Origin: Candidatus Latescibacterota bacterium
GTDB taxonomy: Bacteria; Latescibacterota; UBA2968
Reading direction: 5' to 3'
Assembly: GCA_965116885.1 (NCBI GenBank)
Contig: OZ220741.1
Coordinates: 2,784,001 to 2,848,000, forward strand
DNA length: 64,000 nucleotides
The notes under the pieces are model-generated. The model searched no databases. It was not told the origin of the DNA and saw nothing but the letters and a program-made list of their open reading frames with translations. Positions 38,813 through 49,351 of the stretch are shown one piece after another (position 1 is the stretch's first letter; each line of letters starts with the position of its first letter). The translations under genes and the position numbers were made by a program.

Positions 38813-40084
38813 TTATTGTTTGTAAGTCACCCGACCACCCAGTATCGTCATTGTGGCCCGGCCTTTTAATGACCATCCGTGAAAGGGTGTGTTGCGCGAT
38901 TTGGATTTGAACTGATTGGCATCTACAATCCATTCGAGGTCGGGATCGATGACTGTGATGTCGGCGGGTTTATCAATGGAGAGGCTGCCGCCTTCAATGC
39001 CGAGGATGCGCGCGGGTTCTATGGTGAGTTTGGCAATTGTATCTGAGAGGGGGAGCAGGTTGGTGTGGACGAGTTTGGTGAAGAGGACACCGACCGCGGT
39101 TTCGAGGCCGAGTATGCCATTGGGTGCGCTGGTAAAGGCACCCAATTTTTCTTTTATCGTATGTGGCGCGTGGTCTGTGGCGAGTGCGTCAATGGTGCCG
39201 TCCTGTAAGCCCACAATTACGGCTTCTCGGTCTTCATTGGAGCGAAGTGGCGGACTCATTTTTCCGGCCGTGCCGAGTACGCGCACGTCTTCATCGGTCA
39301 ATACAATGTGATGGGGAGAGGCTTCACAAGTAACGGGCAGGCCCTCTTCTTTGGCTTTTCGCACGAGTTCGGCAGCGCGTTTGACGCTGAGGTGCAAGAT
39401 GTGGAGACGCCCCCGGGTTTGGCGCACGAGTTCGATGTCGCGCGCGTTCATGGCAGCTTCGCCTTCGGAGGGCATGCCTTTCAGTCCGAGTTCGCGGGAG
39501 ACCGCGCCTTCGTGCATGTGCCCGCCGCGCGTGCGTTCAAAGACTTCGGAGTGGGGATAAATCGCAAAATCGCTGGCGGCGGAGCGCTCCAAGAGTTGGC
39601 GCATTAGAGATTCGGATTCAATGGGGAGGCCGTCGTCGGAAAATCCAACAGCACCTGCTTTGAGCAGGGCATCGGTGTCGGTGAGTTTTTCGCCCTGCAT
39701 TTTTTCGGTTGCACAGGCAATGGGATACACGCGAGCATCTGCCGATTTTGCCTGTTGGACGATATATTGGACAATTTCTGGGCTGTCTATCGGCGGTTCT
39801 GTATTGGGCAAACAGGCCACAGATGTGAAGCCTCCGGCGGCAGCGGCTTCACATCCAGTTTTGATGGTTTCCTTTTCGGGAAAGCCAGGATCGCGCAGGT
39901 GGACGTGCATATCGATGAGGCCGGGTACGACGATTTGACCTGAGACGTCAAAGGTCTCTGCACTTGCGGCGATATGCGGTTCAATACGCGCGATGTGACC
40001 GCGTTGGATGAGCAGGTCGGCTATCTCATCACGATTATTAGCCGGGTCGATGACGTGACCGTTTTTGAGCAGGAGATCGGGCAT
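38813..40084 (-). CDS. pyrC: Dihydroorotase
   Basis: [33 protein letters not shown]. Confidence 0.93.
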   Translation of the reverse strand: MPDLLLKNGHVIDPANNRDEIADLLIQRGHIARIEPHIAASAETFDVSGQIVVPGLIDMHVHLRDPGFPEKETIKTGCEAAAAGGFTSVACLPNTEPPIDSPEIVQYIVQQAKSADARVYPIACATEKMQGEKLTDTDALLKAGAVGFSDDGLPIESESLMRQLLERSAASDFAIYPHSEVFERTRGGHMHEGAVSRELGLKGMPSEGEAAMNARDIELVRQTRGRLHILHLSVKRAAELVRKAKEEGLPVTCEASPHHIVLTDEDVRVLGTAGKMSPPLRSNEDREAVIVGLQDGTIDALATDHAPHTIKEKLGAFTSAPNGILGLETAVGVLFTKLVHTNLLPLSDTIAKLTIEPARILGIEGGSLSIDKPADITVIDPDLEWIVDANQFKSKSRNTPFHGWSLKGRATMTILGGRVTYKQ

Positions 40085-40108
40085 TGAAAAGGGTGTAAAT
40101 ATCCTCTC

Positions 40109-41410
40109 TCAATCTGCGAAAACGGATTCGGGCACGCGGTCGCGGTAGGCTTCGATGGGCGGTAGATTGCCGTCGGCTTCGGTTTCGAGGGGGCGCAGCC
40201 CGGTGAGGATTTCGAGGTCGTCGCGGATGTCGGCTTGCGCCAGATAGGCTTCAGAGGCTTCGACTTCACCCAGGTCGAGTGTGTTGGGGATCCAGAGTAC
40301 GCGGGCGTCTTCTGGCGCGATAAGGCCAATGGATTCGAGGGCGATGTCGAGGACTTCGGCGTCTGTACCGCAGTGTAGCGGAACAGCACCTGCTGAAACG
40401 TGTTGTCCGGTGATGACGTTGGTATAGGTGGCGTGATAGTCGATTTTATCGACGAGGCGCCTGGTGGCAAATTCGGCCATGCCGATGCCGGTGGCGTTGC
40501 CGTGCGTGGCTTCGGTGAGGTCGCGCACAAAGATGCGCAAGACGCGCGGGGTTTCGTCGCCCATTGCGCGGCGGTCATTGCGTTTGCGTCCGATGACGTT
40601 GGTGTCCATGCCCGAGCCGGAGATGTTTTTGCCCATTTCGTCGATGATGAGGAGATCGACATCATCGAAGGGAAGCGAGGGGCACCATTCTTTGGATTTT
40701 GCTTGAAGTACTTTTTCGCGTTCTTCAAAGTCTGCCGCGGGAATGGCTTCGATGCGTGCGGTTTCGTCATAGCCGTTTTCAAGGGTGGCTACGCCAAAGG
40801 TGATGGGCATTTCTTCGCGCACAACTTTGCCGACTAAGCGCACGATTTTGTCAAAGGAGTGATGAATGATGGCGCGATGATACACCGAGGCGCCTTTGTG
40901 TTTGCCGAGGCCAATGAGCATCATTTTCATCAGTCCGCTTTCAATTTCGCCGGCAAATCCCGTATGCGGTTTTACGCGGTTGACCACAATGACGTGATCG
41001 GCTTCGGATGCGTGTTGGTCAAAGTAGATGGGCATGCCAAAATCCGATATGCCGATCTGGACGACGTCCATCGAAGATTTGATTGGACATTCCATTGTGC
41101 CTTCGGTGATGCCATATCCGGCCAGGACCTGGGTTTGTCCCTCGGCTGTGCCTCCGCCGTGCGATCCCATTGCGGGTACGATGTAGGGGACAGCGCCAAT
41201 GGCTTTCATTTCTTCGACGATGGTTTTGATGATGGTGTCGATGTTGGCGACGCCGCGGCTGCCCGCGGTTATGGCGACGGTTTGACCGGGTTTGATCACA
41301 GAACTGGGATCGATTCTGGCGATTTCATCGCGCACAGTGCCGGCGATGTCATCGACGCGAGGAGCGTCAAAGTGCTGGCGAATGCGGAACATCTGCGGGT
41401 AAGTCGGCAT
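40109..41410 (-). CDS. Lactate-racemase (LarA) N-domain / DUF362-like protein
   Basis: TAGSRG, PAMGSHGG, NRVKPHT, GLGKHKGA, GKNISGSGMD. Confidence 0.75.
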   Translation of the reverse strand: MPTYPQMFRIRQHFDAPRVDDIAGTVRDEIARIDPSSVIKPGQTVAITAGSRGVANIDTIIKTIVEEMKAIGAVPYIVPAMGSHGGGTAEGQTQVLAGYGITEGTMECPIKSSMDVVQIGISDFGMPIYFDQHASEADHVIVVNRVKPHTGFAGEIESGLMKMMLIGLGKHKGASVYHRAIIHHSFDKIVRLVGKVVREEMPITFGVATLENGYDETARIEAIPAADFEEREKVLQAKSKEWCPSLPFDDVDLLIIDEMGKNISGSGMDTNVIGRKRNDRRAMGDETPRVLRIFVRDLTEATHGNATGIGMAEFATRRLVDKIDYHATYTNVITGQHVSAGAVPLHCGTDAEVLDIALESIGLIAPEDARVLWIPNTLDLGEVEASEAYLAQADIRDDLEILTGLRPLETEADGNLPPIEAYRDRVPESVFAD

Positions 41411-41437
41411 GGTTTATCCTCCTGTTGTGATTTGCTA

Positions 41438-42598
41438 TCACATGGATTCTTCGTAAAGGGCGATTACGTCTTTTATCGTTGTTTTGCGCGGGTTGACCTG
41501 AATATTGCCGCTTTTCATCGCGTCTTCGGCCATGACATGGATGCCTTCGGCTTTTGCACCGGCTTCGCCCAATGTGGCGGGAATGCCCACATCATCGGAT
41601 AGGTTTTGCACGGCTTCAACGGCGAGAGCAGATGCGTCAACAGCACTCAGTCCATCTACATCTTCACCCATGGCGGCGGCGATGTCGGCGAATCTTTCCG
41701 GGCAGGCATAGCGATTGTAGGTCATGATGCGGGTGAGCAAGATCGAGTTGGCAATGCCGTGTGGCACGCCGTAGTGACCGCCGACTGGATGTGACATGGC
41801 ATGTACGTTTCCCAAACGCGTTTGTGAGAATGCGAACCCGGCCATGGTGCTGCCGATGATCATGTTTTGCGTGGCCTCGTGGTTGTGGTCGCTGTACGCG
41901 GCTTGTCGCAAATTTTGCGAGATGAGGCGGATGGCGTGCAGGGCCATGCCTTCGGAGATGGGGTTGGACATCAGCGACACATAGGATTCAATGGCGTGTG
42001 TCAATGCATCCATACCAGTAGCAGCGGCAATGGGTAGCGGCAATGCGACAGCCATATCGGCATCGAGAATGCCCACATCGGGAATGACATGGGGACCTGC
42101 GACGGTGCCTTTGAAGTGGTTGTCGTCGGTAATGACGGCAAAGGGCGTGACTTCACTGGCTGTGCCATAGGTGGTGGGGATGCACAGGAGAAAGGGGATG
42201 GGGCCGGGAACGGGTTTTTCGCCAATAAAATAATCGGTGATTTTACCCCCGTGATTGACGAGTACGCCCGAGGTTTTTGCCACGTCCATCGAGGACCCCC
42301 CGCCAATGGCGAGCAAGAAATCGCAATTTTCCGACTGATATTGCGCGGCACAATCCTCGACATTGCGAATGGGCGGGTTGGGTTCAACGCCGTCGTAGAT
42401 GCTGTAGGCGATGTGCGCCTTGTCGAGTATCTCTGTAACGCGCGCGACAACGCCAGCCTGAACGAGACCCCTGTCGGTGACGATTTGTGCCTTTTTTACC
42501 TGTTTTTCATTTACAATTTGTGGGATGTTGCCAATGGTGCCCCGTCCCATGACGAGGTGTGTGGGGCCATAGTAACTAAAGTGATCTTGAAATGCCAC
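41438..42598 (-). CDS. Iron-containing alcohol dehydrogenase
   Basis: GGGSSMD, PTTYGTASE, DALTHAIE, HAMSH, HG. Confidence 0.92.
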   Translation of the reverse strand: MAFQDHFSYYGPTHLVMGRGTIGNIPQIVNEKQVKKAQIVTDRGLVQAGVVARVTEILDKAHIAYSIYDGVEPNPPIRNVEDCAAQYQSENCDFLLAIGGGSSMDVAKTSGVLVNHGGKITDYFIGEKPVPGPIPFLLCIPTTYGTASEVTPFAVITDDNHFKGTVAGPHVIPDVGILDADMAVALPLPIAAATGMDALTHAIESYVSLMSNPISEGMALHAIRLISQNLRQAAYSDHNHEATQNMIIGSTMAGFAFSQTRLGNVHAMSHPVGGHYGVPHGIANSILLTRIMTYNRYACPERFADIAAAMGEDVDGLSAVDASALAVEAVQNLSDDVGIPATLGEAGAKAEGIHVMAEDAMKSGNIQVNPRKTTIKDVIALYEESM

Positions 42599-42698
42599 GA
42601 GCAAATTCCTCTGCGATTTTTATTTTTGAATAGTAGAAAAAAGAAAATGGTTTTTGATGGCGTTGTCAATGAGATAAAAACACACCCGTGGCGTTGGT

Positions 42699-45600
42699 TT
42701 AGAACGATGTGCCGAGGCGGACGTAGTAGCCGACGCCTTCCGGATCGGTGAATCGGTATGCCACGCCGAGGCGATAGCGGATTGCCGAATAGAGGACGTA
42801 ATAGTCGATGATAATCTCGGTGCCAGCCGAGAAGAGTGGGCGCGATTGCGATGTGTCGCTTCCATAGGTGTTGGCGGCGTCGGCGAAGAATGTCCAGAAG
42901 ATGCGGTTGTAGTGTATCGGCCACGCCCGCAGGCCGCGATTCTCTAATGCGAGGGGGGCGCGGTATTCCAGGGATGCGGACCAGGCGTGCTGGCCCGACC
43001 GCGTAGATGTATCGTATCCTCGTGCCGGGAAAGTGATCGGCTCAGCGCCTCCGAGGTCGAAGTAGTCGTTATCACTGCCCGGACCTCGAGATGCGCCAGC
43101 ACTCGCGCGCAGTGCCAGGACGGGTGCCGCGAATTGGCGACCCGGAAACCAGTGTGGCAGTCTCGCGTAGGTCCTGATGGTGCTTCTGATGTCATCTACT
43201 GAGCGGTTGTTTGAGGCAGGAGAGAGGTCGTGGCGTCGCCTGACGCGGACGGAGAACGATGTGCCGGTCGCCTGTCCCATCTGAAAGGCGGATGAGCGCG
43301 CATTGGTGGCGGAAAAACGCACCGATAGTTCGCCCAGGGTGCTGCGCGGATCGTCGAGTCGGAACCGATGGGTTTTTCGTAGCGCGGAGTCCAGTACTTC
43401 TCGATCCTCTCGCACGAGTCCGCCGGAGACTGTGAATGAGACACCGCTTCGCGCCTTTGGCTTTACCAGGGTCATTGATCCTGAGGCGCGGCGTTCTCGT
43501 TCGAGGATGAAGAAGGTTTCGGTTGGGGCATCGGTGCTCTCCTGGTATAATCTGGCACCGTCTTCGTCCCAGTCCTGCGATAGCGATAACCCGAGCGAGG
43601 GGTTCCCCAGGCCGCGGTACTGGTACGACAGATTGCCGGCTACTCTTTCGTCAGAATACGATCTAATTGGCAGGAAAATACGAGCACCGATTTCGTATTC
43701 GTGCCGGCTTACGAGGTCGATCCCGGAGGTGCGAGCGCCGATGGATGTACCGAGTACTTTGGTGCGGCGTATCGTCGTTTCTCCCTTGTGGTGAGCGGGT
43801 ACTGAGATGGGGTGATTCCATATGGGTTCCCAGTAGTAGGGACGCAGGGTCGCAAGCGGCGAGTAGGCACGTACCCGTCCTTCTGCGCGTCCGCGTGGTC
43901 TGTTGGAGACCTCGGCAGTGGTGTGTGTCGAGTCCGCGCGAGGCGCAGGTGGTGCAGCAATGGGTTTGAATGGAATCCGTTCGATCTCCCAGCCATCGAC
44001 ATGGTAAGCCGAGAAGTAGAGCCAGCGGTCCGACGGATCGACGCTGGGATGTGCCGCTCCTGTGCGGAGATTGGTTAGCATGACGGGGGGCGAGACTTGT
44101 CCCCTATCGACTTGTGCAGCGAGTATGTTCGGGATGCCGCTGCGGTCAGACGCCCAGACCAGCCACTGCCCGTTGGCACTCCATGATGGGGCGAAGTCGA
44201 GGGCGCGATCGCGGGTCACTTCGCAGATGAGGTTGCCATGTGTATCGAGGAGGACGATGTCGTGGTGCCCTCGGGTCCAGCGGGTCGCCGCGATCCATTG
44301 GCCATCGGGTGAGATTGCTGGGTAAGCCCAGTGGATATCCGGGTCGGGATGGACCAGCATTTCGATGGCACCGTTGCCGAGATTGACCCGCGCCAGCCCG
44401 CTGGTTCCCCCTCCTTCGGCGACAGCGACTGCCCAGCCTGCAGGACTGGCCGATGGGGCGGTTAAGCGGCCGCGAGTTGTTATGCGTCGTACATCACTGC
44501 CCGGCGTTACGCGGTAGAGATCTCTAAATCTGCGATAGCGACCAGCAAATTCATATTGCGCGAAGACGATGTCTCCATTGGGGGTGAAGGCAAATGTGGT
44601 GCTGCCGTTGGTCAGGGCTACGGTCGATTCATCACTGCCATCTAATCTGGTTGATACCAGTTTGGCATCTGACCGTCCATCTGATCGGATGTAGTACAGT
44701 GTTTCGCCATCGGGCGATACTTTTGGGTGGTATGCATAGCGGGCACCGCGGGTTATCGCCTGTGGCTCGGTGATTGCACCGAATCTGGCGAGGCGGGTGT
44801 CCAATTTTGCCGCTGCTGTTCGCTGTGTATCTGCCCACGCTTTCCACTCGTTCGTCAAGGTGGTGCCAAAGGCGCTGCGTCCGGCGGCATCGAGACGGTA
44901 GGGTATCCACTGTTTTTCCACTGCTTTGACGAAGGCTATCATGCGGTCGCGCCCGTATTTTTGTATCAGGTGCTCAAAGAAGAGCGATCCGTAAGCATAA
45001 ACACGGGTGCCACCCGGCCACTGGGGCGAGTTGCCACCCGCCTGACCGATGGACTCAAACCGCCCTTCGAGAGCCGCTGTTCGCAGTACCATTTTGTGGA
45101 ATGTTCCAAGAGTGCGTCCGGTGCCAGTCAGTGCGGATTCGTACCAGACGGCAATGCCTTCGCGTACCCATCGCGGGGTAGCGCGTGCGGGGATTGTAAA
45201 AGCCGGGACTCGCAGGCGTTCGACTGGAGAAAATGAGATGTAGGGGGACGGTACGCGTCCAAATGGTTTGTGCAACAAGCTATAGCGGCCCGGGCGATCA
45301 ATGTGGAAGATGTGCGTCAGTTCGTGTACGATGACGTTTTCCAGCCGATCGTTGTAATAAGCACGTCCGAAAGAGTCGATAGGTGGGCGGGCGTAGATGG
45401 TGATTCGGTTTGAGGGACGCACACTCGCGTAGCCGTTCGAGACGTCGATGTGATCGGTTAGTACAAGATCGATTATTCCGCGGGGCGCAGCGATGAATTG
45501 TTCGGATAACCGGGCGTGCGCCCATTCTGCGCGTTCCGCTGCCCTGCGTCCCAGGTCTTCGAGATGTGCGGGAAACGTGACGCGAAAGTGTTCTGTATCG

Positions 45601-45701
45601 AGCGTGCGCCACGATTCGTCTGGTGCAATGCGTTGTGCCGATGCAGACGCCGTACAGATGGCGAAGACGAGTAATACTTTTATCCCTATACTCATACTCA
45701 A
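42699..45701 (-). CDS. Omp85-like outer-membrane protein with N-terminal zinc peptidase and PD40/TolB propeller
   Basis: Signal peptide, TEHF, HELTH..EG, SPDG repeats, C-terminal beta strands ending YVRLGTSF. Confidence 0.75.
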   Translation of the reverse strand: MSMSIGIKVLLVFAICTASASAQRIAPDESWRTLDTEHFRVTFPAHLEDLGRRAAERAEWAHARLSEQFIAAPRGIIDLVLTDHIDVSNGYASVRPSNRITIYARPPIDSFGRAYYNDRLENVIVHELTHIFHIDRPGRYSLLHKPFGRVPSPYISFSPVERLRVPAFTIPARATPRWVREGIAVWYESALTGTGRTLGTFHKMVLRTAALEGRFESIGQAGGNSPQWPGGTRVYAYGSLFFEHLIQKYGRDRMIAFVKAVEKQWIPYRLDAAGRSAFGTTLTNEWKAWADTQRTAAAKLDTRLARFGAITEPQAITRGARYAYHPKVSPDGETLYYIRSDGRSDAKLVSTRLDGSDESTVALTNGSTTFAFTPNGDIVFAQYEFAGRYRRFRDLYRVTPGSDVRRITTRGRLTAPSASPAGWAVAVAEGGGTSGLARVNLGNGAIEMLVHPDPDIHWAYPAISPDGQWIAATRWTRGHHDIVLLDTHGNLICEVTRDRALDFAPSWSANGQWLVWASDRSGIPNILAAQVDRGQVSPPVMLTNLRTGAAHPSVDPSDRWLYFSAYHVDGWEIERIPFKPIAAPPAPRADSTHTTAEVSNRPRGRAEGRVRAYSPLATLRPYYWEPIWNHPISVPAHHKGETTIRRTKVLGTSIGARTSGIDLVSRHEYEIGARIFLPIRSYSDERVAGNLSYQYRGLGNPSLGLSLSQDWDEDGARLYQESTDAPTETFFILERERRASGSMTLVKPKARSGVSFTVSGGLVREDREVLDSALRKTHRFRLDDPRSTLGELSVRFSATNARSSAFQMGQATGTSFSVRVRRRHDLSPASNNRSVDDIRSTIRTYARLPHWFPGRQFAAPVLALRASAGASRGPGSDNDYFDLGGAEPITFPARGYDTSTRSGQHAWSASLEYRAPLALENRGLRAWPIHYNRIFWTFFADAANTYGSDTSQSRPLFSAGTEIIIDYYVLYSAIRYRLGVAYRFTDPEGVGYYVRLGTSF

Positions 45702-45708
45702 TTTTTTA

Positions 45709-47697
45709 TTAAAAATTGTGGAAACCGTGTCCCGAGCCTGGGAACCAGATGAGGTCTATGACCATTCCGACGCCAATGCCGGTGCAATAGCCAATTACTG
45801 TGCCGTAGAAGAAGGGTTTTGCGCGTTCGTAGAGGCGGGGGCCGCCAAAATGGACGATGAGGAGTTTGGCCGCCCAGACCATGAGTATGCTCAGGGCGTA
45901 ATAGCGCGGTCCCGTTGTGTATTGAAATGCGAGGCCGAGGGGATGCAGCGGCCAGCGGGGAAACCATGTGCGCAGGCCCGCCAATAATGCGGCTATTCCT
46001 GCGCCCAGAAGCCAGATGCTGAGTTTTTGAAGGTCGAAAGATGTTTTTTCGGTTTCGCCCAACGCGCGTCCAATTCCGCCAAAAATACTCAGGGGTCCTT
46101 CCCAGAGGGTCCAGGAACGCAGGAAGAGTGCGGAGTCGCGATAACAATAGTAGATGATGGTGGCGGCACAGACAAAGAAGCCCATGGTGAATGCGAGAAA
46201 GACGACGCTATTCGTCCAGTGTTTGCCTCGTTCTGAGGGCACGTCGTCCATGGCTTTGAAGTGGTGGGGCAATACCTGCATGGTTTGAATGCGTCCGCCG
46301 CCGTAGAATACGCCGCTGTTGACGAGGTGCATTGCGGTCATTTCGCGGGTCGATAGGGTGGCTGTGCCGAGAATGGAGTTGACAAAGCCCGATCCTTTGA
46401 TCCACACGGGGAAGAGATATCCAAATCCGCTGGCGGCAATGAATTTGGAGGTTGCAAAATACGCGATGAACATCAATAGCAGATGGACAACTGCAAGGGA
46501 TAGCGACATGCCCAGGGATATGAAAAAGCTACAGAGATATAGCACGGAAATGATCAGGCCGATAACGGCGAAGCGATAGGAAATGGGGCCATCGCCGCGT
46601 TCGCCGTTTAAGGCGGTTTTTGCGACATGTATCAGATGCCGTCGCGCGATCCATACAGACCAGACGACGAGTACGGTCATTGCACCGTGGCTTTCCAGGT
46701 TGATGATTTCTCCGCCTTTGGCAACTTGTCCTTCTAACCCGACTGTGAAACCCGTGCGGTTGATGACGCCCATTTTGACCACGGCGAAGAGGCCAAAGAA
46801 CCAGAAGCTGAACAGAAGATCCAGGCTACACAAATATCCGAGGCCAATGACCAGGGGTAAGACGCGCAAATAGACGGGCGGAAAGCTCTGTGCAACGGTC
46901 ATGGATTTGGTGTTGATGCTGTCAAAGAGGGTGATGCGGGGTACGTTGGGGAACCAGAAGTTGATGATGTTCCATCCAATGATGCCCGCGGTCCAGGCAA
47001 AGCCGGCCCAGAAGATGGGGTCACGGAAAATTTTGGGTAATGCGCGTCCTTCGCCAAAGCCCTCCATGAGGTCCATGGGGAAGTTGACGAGTGGGTAGGT
47101 CAAGCGTTCGGCATCTGCCCATTGGCGGTGAAAAATAGAGATGACAAAAAATCCGGCGGCCATGAAGGCGAGGACGCCAGAGAACCACCATAAGACGGAG
47201 GGTATCCAGCCTGTCCAGGGAACAGACTCGCCCGTGTGCAGGCCGAAGTAGAAGCGGTCCATGATCCAGGGGGTGGGTTCGGGAAATGCCCAGTGGGGCA
47301 GTTCATCTAAGAACAACTCTGCCCAGCGATTTTCCGGCGATGCAAAAAAATGGGGTGCGGGCAATGCGCCGATAAAGTATCCCATCCAGCCGACGCCGGG
47401 CATCATGCCCACGATCCACATGGTGGCAAAGATGACCATCATTTCATGGCGTGAGAGTACAGATTTGGGCGAGAATCGGGCGATGAACATGTTGATCACG
47501 ACCCAGATGAGGAATCCCATGATGAGTGCGACGGGAAAACTGGATTTGACCATCGATCCCGCGTGGAGTACGATTTCGAGGACATTTTGAGAATAGGCCA
47601 TCAGGCCAGCGGTGAGCAAGCCAAGGAGGATGGATCGCCCGGTGATGCGCGGGGATTCGGTCGGTTGAATTTGAGGATCGGGTTGTGAAATAGCCAT
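45709..47697 (-). CDS. DUF6785/DUF6784 polytopic membrane protein (transporter-like)
   Basis: Many TM helices; QWADAERLTYPL, WPLHPLG, AKPFF. Confidence 0.7.
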   Translation of the reverse strand: MAISQPDPQIQPTESPRITGRSILLGLLTAGLMAYSQNVLEIVLHAGSMVKSSFPVALIMGFLIWVVINMFIARFSPKSVLSRHEMMVIFATMWIVGMMPGVGWMGYFIGALPAPHFFASPENRWAELFLDELPHWAFPEPTPWIMDRFYFGLHTGESVPWTGWIPSVLWWFSGVLAFMAAGFFVISIFHRQWADAERLTYPLVNFPMDLMEGFGEGRALPKIFRDPIFWAGFAWTAGIIGWNIINFWFPNVPRITLFDSINTKSMTVAQSFPPVYLRVLPLVIGLGYLCSLDLLFSFWFFGLFAVVKMGVINRTGFTVGLEGQVAKGGEIINLESHGAMTVLVVWSVWIARRHLIHVAKTALNGERGDGPISYRFAVIGLIISVLYLCSFFISLGMSLSLAVVHLLLMFIAYFATSKFIAASGFGYLFPVWIKGSGFVNSILGTATLSTREMTAMHLVNSGVFYGGGRIQTMQVLPHHFKAMDDVPSERGKHWTNSVVFLAFTMGFFVCAATIIYYCYRDSALFLRSWTLWEGPLSIFGGIGRALGETEKTSFDLQKLSIWLLGAGIAALLAGLRTWFPRWPLHPLGLAFQYTTGPRYYALSILMVWAAKLLIVHFGGPRLYERAKPFFYGTVIGYCTGIGVGMVIDLIWFPGSGHGFHNF

Positions 47698-47847
47698 TTT
47701 GTGCTCCGTATTTAGAATGCGCGTAATATACGATGCCCAAACAGAGGTGTCAAATACCTGACGTTGTATTTGTCAATTTGTGATCTTGGGGTTATTATGG
47801 AGAGGCTGGGGACTGGTAGCTAAATCTCAAATATTTTCGGTTTTATT

Positions 47848-48102
47848 ATGGCACGCAAAGATATTCGAACCATTTCGATTTTTTGTGCGAAATGTAAAAC
47901 ACTGCTGTACAAATACCGCAAAGGTGGACGAGGCGGGTTGGTGAAGTGCATGGTGGAGCGGATTGCCGAAGACCATACCCGAGGGGATATGAAATGCCCA
48001 AAATGCAGGCAGGCGTTTGCGAGGTTCGTGATGTATGGTGGGCAGGCCGCGCACAAAATTATACAGGGAAAGGTTTTTACTAAGGGAATGAGTAGGCGGT
48101 AA
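47848..48102 (+). CDS. Small basic zinc-ribbon protein
   Basis: CAKC..LYKYRKGG.G.LVKC..CPKC. Confidence 0.7.
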   Translation: MARKDIRTISIFCAKCKTLLYKYRKGGRGGLVKCMVERIAEDHTRGDMKCPKCRQAFARFVMYGGQAAHKIIQGKVFTKGMSRR

Positions 48103-48123
48103 TAAAAAAGGAGCGAGAACAAG

Positions 48124-49314
48124 ATGGCTGAATTTGTCGCGAATTACGATGAAGACAAGGTACCCGATTACACGTTGCCCGATCCGTTGATTTTTGAAGA
48201 TGGGACAAAGGTCGAAGATGCGGCTATGTGGCAACAACGGCGGGCAGAGATTTTGTCTTTGTTTGAATCTCAGGTGTATGGCAAGATGCTGGGTGCATCG
48301 GCGGGCATGCATTTTGAGACTCGGTTTTGGAATGGGGATGCGCTGGATGGAATTTGCAAAGAAGTTCGGGTTTACTTTTCCACAGATGCGGAGCCACAGA
48401 TGGATATTTTAATTTTTTTGCCAAAAGACGCCGATGGGCCCGTGCCGTTGTTTGTGGGATTGAATTTTGGGGGAAACCATACCGTTCATTCCGATCCCGC
48501 CATTACATTGTCCGAGCAGTGGATGCGCTCGAAGACGGAGGGGGTTTTGGACCATCGGGCGACGGAAGCAGCGCGCGGTACGGCTGCAAGCAGGTGGCCT
48601 GTGGAGAGGATTTTGGCGAGGGGCTACGGTCTGGCTACGATTTATTGCGGCGATCTGGATCCGGATTATGACGATGGGTTTCAAAATGGCTTGCATCCGC
48701 TTTTTGATAGGCGAAATACTGGGGATGACTGGGGGGCTATTGGTGCGTGGGCGTGGGGATTGATGAGGGCGATGGATTATTTTGAAAGCGATGAGGCGAT
48801 TGATCACGCGCGGGTTGCTGTGATGGGGCATTCGCGATTGGGTAAGACAGCGTTGTGGGCTGGTGCGCAAGACGAGCGGTTTGCCCTTGTGATTTCAAAT
48901 AATTCGGGTTGTGGGGGTGCCGCGCTGTCCCGCCGTCGATATGGCGAAACAGTGGGGCGGATTAATACCAGTTTTCCACACTGGTTTTGCGATAATTTTA
49001 AGCGGTATAATGAACGCGAGGACGATTTGCCCGTTGATCAGCATTTGCTCATTGCTCTGATGGCGCCTCGTCCGGTTTATGTTGCCAGTGCAGAAGAAGA
49101 CCGCTGGGCGGATCCAAAGGGGGAGTTTTTGGGCGCGAAACACGCCGATGCGGTTTATCGTTTGTTGGGAACAGATGGTCTGGGTGCTGAAAATATGCCG
49201 CGTGTTCACGAGCCGATTACGAGCCGAATTGGGTATCATATTCGCGCAGGCGGGCACGCTGTGACGGATTACGATTGGGATCGGTATATAGATTTTGCCG
49301 ATAAACACTGGTAG
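48124..49314 (+). CDS. Glucuronoyl esterase-like protein (CE15)
   Basis: GAWAWG, GHSRLGK, SGCGG, FPHWF, DQH, WADPKGE. Confidence 0.88.
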   Translation: MAEFVANYDEDKVPDYTLPDPLIFEDGTKVEDAAMWQQRRAEILSLFESQVYGKMLGASAGMHFETRFWNGDALDGICKEVRVYFSTDAEPQMDILIFLPKDADGPVPLFVGLNFGGNHTVHSDPAITLSEQWMRSKTEGVLDHRATEAARGTAASRWPVERILARGYGLATIYCGDLDPDYDDGFQNGLHPLFDRRNTGDDWGAIGAWAWGLMRAMDYFESDEAIDHARVAVMGHSRLGKTALWAGAQDERFALVISNNSGCGGAALSRRRYGETVGRINTSFPHWFCDNFKRYNEREDDLPVDQHLLIALMAPRPVYVASAEEDRWADPKGEFLGAKHADAVYRLLGTDGLGAENMPRVHEPITSRIGYHIRAGGHAVTDYDWDRYIDFADKHW

Positions 49315-49351
49315 TGAAGTTCGACGCGTGGTTGAACAGAAAGGAGTAGTT

